Positions 56,881 through 64,000 of a DNA stretch of 64,000 nt are shown one piece after another (position 1 is the stretch's first letter; every line of letters starts with the position of its first letter). Position numbers and translations under genes: made by a program. Below the pieces are notes generated by a model. The model saw only the letters and a list, made by a program, of their open reading frames with translations. It ran no database searches and was not told where the DNA came from. Source of the stretch: Octopus vulgaris (taxonomy: Eukaryota); contig OX597817.1 in the NCBI GenBank assembly GCA_951406725.2, positions 54,374,001-54,438,000 on the forward strand, written 5' to 3'.

Positions 56881-59500
56881 TCTTAAATCCTTAAATCCTT
56901 AAAAATGTTTTAGCCCGAAGGCCGCGGCCATGCTGGGGCACCACCGCTGAATGAGCTACACTAGTTTGTGAATCCACCTCTGATACGTGGCACTTGATCA
57001 ACAAGGGAGTTCGATGCTGCTGCCCGCATCCGTGTCTCCTGTCGTGAGGTAGGTTCATCTGGGACTCCCAACAAGAAGAGATCCAGTTTAGTTTTAAAGA
57101 AACCCACATCCACACCATGTAAGTCTCTCAGGCATTTAGGGAGGATGTTAAAGAGCTGTGGTCCTCTGAAACCCAAGCTGTTGCAGTATCTGGACCTGTA
57201 TTTTGATGGTGATGTTGGAATCCTTGGCACCACGCAGCGGCGCCCGTTCTGCGGTTGGAGTAACTTTGAATGCCAAAGTTTGGGACAAGACCCTCCAGGA
57301 TTTTCCAGATGTATATCACTGCATATCTCTCCCGCCTCCGCTCCAGGGAGAAGAGGTTTAATACCTTCAGTCTTTCCCAGTAGCTGACATTTTGCATTGA
57401 GACGATTTTCTTTGTGTAGCTTCTCTGAGTTGCTTCGAGTTCTGCTGTTTGTTTTATATTGTGTGGTGACCAAAGTTGGGAGCAGTAGTCCAAGCGGCTG
57501 AGGACAAATGTTTTCCATAGGACCATCAGTGTCTCCTTCTCTCTTGTTCTGAAAGTTCGGAGAATCCATCCAGCTAGCCGTCTGCATTTTATCACCAGAT
57601 TAGCAATATGCATTTGGAAAGATGCATCATTGCTCATGTCAATGCCCAGGTCACGCACTGATTTTGACTCAGGGATTGCAATTCTTCCTGGGCCAGTGTA
57701 TCCAGTCTTCACGTCATTTACCTTTGTGTGCCAGTAGAGCAGGGCCTGGAACTTACCTGCATTAAACTGCATGTTGTTGTCCTCAGCCCACCTGTATATT
57801 GTGTCCAGCTCATGTTGCAGATGCGCAATATTTTCAGGGTTTTGTATTGCGTGGGAGACTTTTGTGTCATCTGCATAGCTAGCAAGGGTAGTCATCGTAG
57901 CAACTGAAGGCATGTCTGAAAGGGCCACTATGAACATCAGTGGCCCCAAGACAGTGCCCTGTGGGACACCGCTTGTTATTTGCGTTTCCCTGGAGGTGGC
58001 TCCATTGCTCACAACTGCCTGTTTTCTGTCTTTTAGGAAGTTGTGCAGCCACTCTCCAAGTTTCCCGCCTATGCCGAGACCACGCAGTTTGTGACAGATC
58101 ATACCATGGTCGACTTTATCAAAGGCTTTTGCAAAGTCAAGATATATTACATCCACATTTGAGCCATTTAGTAGCTGTTTCAACACCCAGTCATAGTGTT
58201 GCAGGAGCTGTGTTAGGCAGCCTCTACCTGGTCGAAATCCATGCTGGGTGTCAGACAGTAAGTCATTTTCTTCAAGGAACATGATTAGTTTCTTACGGAC
58301 TATTCGTTCCATGACTTTGCTGATGTGTGAGGTCAGAGAGATAGGCCTATAATTTTTAGCATCTGCTCTGCTACCTCCCTTATGGATAGGGCATATTACC
58401 CCCTCTTTCAGTTTGACTGGGAGCTTACCACTTGTAAGAAAGCTCTGAAAAAGAAGCTGTAGCGGTTTTGCAAGGGCTCGTTTGCACGATTTGAGAAGGA
58501 TCGCTGGGAATCCATCAGGTCCAGCAGCTGAGTTTGTGTCAATCTCATCAATGGCTAGTGTGATATCATCTTCTTCGATGTTGATGTACTCAATTTTTGT
58601 CTCTTTGGCCGCAGGTAAAGTGGCAAAGAATTCTTCTGGGTTGTTTACTTGCCTGTGTCCTAGAGGTGTAGTGAACACACTTTGGAACTGTTCGTTCTGC
58701 ATTTCACTTATCCTCGTGGGATTTCCTGTGAGAGAGCCATCTTTTTGGAAGAGAGGTCCTATTCTCTGGTGCACTGTGGCTGTCTCTTTGGCAAACTTAA
58801 AGAAAGCTTTAGGGTTTGATTTTATATTTTCTATTACCCAAGCTTTTTTATCTGCTCTCTCCTTTTCATGGGACTGATGTAGACTTTTCTCAGTTTCCAT
58901 TAGCATTCTTTCGAGCCGAGACTTCTCACCACTTTTGGTGTGCTTGCTCAGGCGGTTTGCAATCCTTGTCCGTCGTCTCATAAGAATCCTCCTTTCTCTA
59001 GGGATCCTGTTTTTGTTCTTGTGTGTGCTGGCCCTGCACATTGGGACATATTTGTCACATATGGCTTGTATTATGGACATGAAGTGTTTGTGTTTCATGT
59101 TTATGTCCGGTGTGGATAGACATTCAGGCCAATCCTGTTTGAGGATCTCTTTCTCAATCGACTTCCAGTTGGCTTTATGAAAGTTTAAGTTGGAGAGATG
59201 GTGGGTGCTTGGTATAGGCTGTGTGTCTGCGGGGGCTTTTGTTCCATACATAGACAGCTCTATTATGTTGTGATCCGAGATCATTGTCGGCATCACATTA
59301 ACATTATGGATAATATCCATATTGTTTGTGAAGCAGAGATCCAGTATATTATCTGCCCTTGTTGGTTGCAGAACTATTTGCTCCATGAAAGAGGCATTTG
59401 TGAGATGGAGCAGGGACTCCACCTGTGCCTGCTGATGGTGTGTCATCCCTGGGAGCATCTGCCCCCCAGGCCATTCCACATTGGGGAGGTTAAAGTCACC
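56881..59500 (-). mobile_element. 5'-truncated CR1-clade LINE (partial APE endonuclease + reverse transcriptase), nearly intact
   Basis: Begins at the APE GDFNLP motif. RT motifs NYRPISLTS, QHGFRPGR, YLDFAKAFDKVDH, SGVPQGTVLGP, YADD. Short 3'UTR and (TTTAAGGA)n tail. Inserted in a TA-rich tract. Confidence 0.95.
56961..59500 (-). pseudogene. LINE ORF2 (EN-RT), with one frameshift near 57245
   Basis: The 783-aa ORF (57128-59479) loses homology after SYSNRRTG. The C-terminus GRRCVVPRIP...NSLGFRGPQLFNILP...FKTKLDLFL..VPDEP...RAAASNSL continues in the ORF ending at 56961. Confidence 0.9.
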
Positions 59501-59550
59501 TTATATATATACATACATATATACACACACATACATACACACACACACAT

Positions 59551-59620
<70 letters not shown>

Positions 59621-59993
59621 CCATGTTTGCATGTATATATAGATATACATGTACATATATATATGTGTGGGTGTTCGGGCGCATGTGTTTGTTACATCAG
59701 TCATACTGAGTGTGTGATCCACTGTATGTGTAAGTGTAGACGTACAAGTGCAAGCATGCGTAGACTGTTACAAAACACTTAAATAAATACACACACACAC
59801 ACACACATACACACACACACATACACACACACACATACACACACACACAAACAAACATGTTTGTATATCAGGGAAATCAAATCAACGAACGCAAAAAAAA
59901 TTGAAGACATGTTTGATTGATGGGAATTTAAATAAATTACTATCTATTGTATGTTGGAAGGGCGTTTGAGGCATGACAGCACGTGTTTATGTG

Positions 59994-60036
<43 letters not shown>

Positions 60037-60310
60037 TTGTGTTTGCGTGTGTGTGTCAGTTTGTTAGTTTATGTTTACGATCATCTAGAAACCGACGTCA
60101 TTCTTTACGGTGTTCCTTAAGGTCCCCTGTCTGACAACTTCAACCAATAACGATCAGTTCCTTAAGTACACATGCCTCTGGTATTACCAAACTATGACCA
60201 TAGTCACATGACTGAAACTGTTTAAAGTTTACGGGTCTTCGTCGGTTGTCACGATGGCTGTTGTATTTCTACAACCGGTCTATCTCACTAGCTGAATAAT
60301 CCGTAAACCT

Positions 60311-60519
60311 CTTTTACTATTTTACTCTTTTACTTGTTTCGGTCATTTGAATGCGGCTATGCTGGCGCACATCTCTTAGTCAAGAAAATCCAACCGAAGA
60401 CTTATTCTTTGTAAACCTAGTACTTATTCTATCGGCTCTTTTGCCGAACCGCTACGTTACAGGGATGTAGACACACTAGCATCTGTTGTCAGGCATACAC
60501 ACACACACACACACACAAA

Positions 60520-60562
<43 letters not shown>

Positions 60563-60723
60563 GACGGACTATTTCAGTTCCTCTCTACCGAATCCACTCA
60601 CAAGGCTTTGGTCGGCCCGAAGCTATAGTTGAAGACACTTGCCCAAGGTGCGACACGGTGGGACTGAACCCGGAACCATGTGGTTGGGAAGCAAGCTACT
60701 TACCACACAGCCACTCCTGCGCC
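60311..60723 (-). mobile_element. SINE group D, full length
   Basis: Colinear with 3618-4018, with a larger internal (TA)n(TG)n tract and a (TAAAAGAG)n tail. Confidence 0.85.
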
Positions 60724-61100
60724 TGCGTATTATTAACATAAGTCTCTGCAGAATCAGTACGATAGAATTTGAAACTTAGTTGTCTTTTTTGACTATTGTT
60801 ACGAACAGTGTCTAAGAAATTTGCATAGTTTCTAGACTTGGGTCAGTTCAACGGAGACATGACCAAGATGTCTAGATGTCACTCGATGTATTTGAACTTG
60901 TGTCCTAATGATTGGAAGCAAAGTTCTTAACCAGCTGGCCACACCTGCGTACAGCCACACGCCTCACTAAAACATATCATTATCGTATGTGCACGCGTGC
61001 GAGTACGTGTGTGTATGTGTGAGTATGTGTGTGTGTGTGTGTGTGTGCGACTTTTAGAGAAGTGAGGTAGAAGAAGAAGAGGGAGAAGGCAAAATAGAGT

Positions 61101-61138
<38 letters not shown>

Positions 61139-61339
61139 AGAAAGAGAGAGAAATGTGATATTCACGGAAAGAGACGGAGTAACAGACATCAGGGAGCTGA
61201 AAAGTACAAACACACACACACTATATATATATATACATATATTCATATATACACACACACATATGTTATTGTCGTGGTCGGCCTTAACTCGCATTCGAGT
61301 AAGAGTTGAATAATATATATGTAATATCTATCAATCTAT

Positions 61340-61407
<68 letters not shown>

Positions 61408-61420
61408 TTATCTATCTATA

Positions 61421-61453
<33 letters not shown>

Positions 61454-61899
61454 CTCTGTCTGTATTTCTATCTGTCTCTATATCTATCTACAAATATACA
61501 TACATACAGATATCAGATATATATATATATATATATGTAGAGAGAGAGAGAGAGATAAATGAATTGATAAATTCATAGATAGACAGATAGGATAACATAA
61601 AGGAGAGACAGGGAGAGGAGGAAAGGGTGAAAGAAAGAGACAGGATTAAGCAAGAACGAGATTATTTCCATTAAGCAAGTCTGACCAGTGTGGTCAAGAG
61701 GGTGTGTGTTGATAGCGTCGAGAAATGGACGGAGTAGTGTCGCAAGAGGTTAGTGGTCAATGAGACTGGTCATCATGGAATGGCTGTCAAACTATCAACT
61801 GTCAGCTCTATGATAGAGTATCTAACACTGGGGAGTAACAGGAGTTCAAGTGGTCAGGATTTATGTTACACAAGCGGAGCACAACCGGGTGAAGGCAGA

Positions 61900-62079
61900 T
61901 GTATGTATGTATGTATTTGTAGATATGTATGTGCAAGTATGTATGTATGTATGTATGTATGTATGTATGTATGTATGTATGTATGTATGTATGTATGTAT
62001 GTATGTATGTATTATGTATGTATGTATGTATGTGAAAGTATGTATGTATATGTAAGCGTGTCTATGCGTATTATTTAAG

Positions 62080-62137
<58 letters not shown>

Positions 62138-62374
62138 CTTGTGTAGACATATATATATATATACATGTACATATATATATATATGTGCAATATATATATA
62201 TATATATATATTATACAGACAAACACACACATACACCCACTCACACACACACATATAAATACATATACATTCGCGTATGTTTTGGTACACGTACATATTT
62301 AAGCATACAAACAAGATATTTACTTGCATACACACACAAACTATCTCTCTCTCCCTCACATACACACACACAAC

Positions 62375-62465
<91 letters not shown>

Positions 62466-62770
62466 CTATACTTTATATGTATATATACATTTATATTATA
62501 TTTATATATGTATACACTTTATATATATTTATATGCATATATATACGTGTGTATATATATATATGTATATATATGAATACGTGTGTGTGTGTGTGTGTGT
62601 GTGCGTGTGCGTGCCTTTGTGTAAGCGTATGTATGTGTGTGTGTGTGTTGTGTCTGCATACATGTGTGCGTAGAGAACTATCTAAATGATTGATGATTTA
62701 TTAACCTGATTGATTGTTCGATAAATAAACAGACCTTAAGATACGCATATATAATTAAAGTTGTATACAA

Positions 62771-62811
<41 letters not shown>

Positions 62812-62813
62812 AG

Positions 62814-62862
<49 letters not shown>

Positions 62863-62900
62863 TACGTGCATACGTATTTATAGCAGAAGTGTTACATTCC
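61900..62900. repeat. (TATG)n/(TA)n/(TG)n low-complexity field
   Basis: Directly visible. Confidence 0.92.
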
Positions 62901-63173
62901 GAGATATTGAGACAGATTAAGGGGGGTTCACTGGAGAGTCCATCTCTATCTATTTCACTTTCGATCAAGCAATGAACAGAAACGTACAAACACACCCTCA
63001 GACACATACAAACACACTTATATATATATATAAAGTGCAAAATGCATAAGATACGTGAGACGGCATTGTAAATATACATTGAGTTGACGTATGTGTATGT
63101 TGACGTATGTGTCTGTTTGTGTGTGTGTGTGTTTATGTATGTATGTATGTATGTATGTATGTATGTATGTATG

Positions 63174-63220
<47 letters not shown>

Positions 63221-63243
63221 ATATATATATATATATCTATCTA

Positions 63244-63299
<56 letters not shown>

Positions 63300-63302
63300 T
63301 GT

Positions 63303-63491
63303 GTGTGTGGTTGTGTGGTAAGAAACTTGCTTACCAACCACATGGTTCCTAGTTTGGTCCGATGTCGTGGCACCTTCGGTAAGTGTCCTCTACAATATCC
63401 TCGGGTCAACTAACTCGTTGTGAGTTGATTTGGTAGACGGAAACTGAAAGAAGCCCGTCGTATACATACATATACATATATATATATACAC

Positions 63492-63523
<32 letters not shown>

Positions 63524-63700
63524 TTTTGTCTCCCCACCCTCGCTTGACAACCGATGTTAGTGTGTTTACCTCCCTGTAACTTAACATTTCATGAAAAGTG
63601 ACCGAGAGAATAAGAACTAGGCTTACAAAGAATATGTCCTGGAGTCGATTCGTTTGACTAAAGTGGGTGCTGTGAAATGACTGAAACAAGTAAAGGTAAA
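63303..63700 (+). mobile_element. SINE group D
   Basis: GTGGTTGTGTGGTAAGAAACTTGCTTACCAACCACATGGTTCC...GAAGCCCGTCG-(TA/TG)n-...TGACTGAAACAAGTAAA. Confidence 0.85.
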
Positions 63701-64000
63701 ATAAATATATACTTTAAAGGTGTATACCTCTAACGAAACTTAAATCTAAATATTTCCCTTTTTACGAGATGAGTGACTCTGTGTCACTTTAAAAGTATAT
63801 AACTGGAGCAAGACCTAGTGCTGCCATCTGGAGCCAACGGTTATCCTGTGTCGATGAAGTGAAATAAACCAGAAACCATGATCGGCAAGTACCATTTAAG
63901 TCTGAGTCGGGACATTAGCTCCCTTGTTCGAAGTATAAGGACGCAGTAGTGGATCGGTAGCCAGCTGGAAAAGGTGATTTCCTGGGGCTAAAAGCATCAT

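Overview
Eukaryotic, AT-rich and extremely microsatellite-dense DNA with no recognisable host protein-coding gene. It looks intronic or intergenic. The tRNA-derived SINE families and (TA)n/(TATC)n/(AAT)n density point to an octopus (coleoid cephalopod) genome; this is an inference. Almost every ORF in the track is a translation of simple repeats. Real coding remnants are all transposon-derived: a near-intact 5'-truncated CR1-clade LINE (56881-59500, minus), a truncated Penelope-like element with RT thumb and GIY-YIG (10512-12602), Tc1/mariner relics, a Helitron RepHel N-terminal relic and R4/Dong-type relics. Four tRNA-headed SINE groups occur in several copies, with visible head/tail swapping. 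The most notable signals are: (i) about nine dispersed minimal type-I hammerhead-ribozyme motifs from several unrelated short Penelope-like families, two of them essentially complete, often with inverted arms or long target duplications; (ii) a SINE whose 3' stem-loop and 8-bp tail match the CR1 LINE in the same window; (iii) unique CpG-containing islands with YY1/Pho-like motifs between the repeats. Family labels A-D are my own working names.
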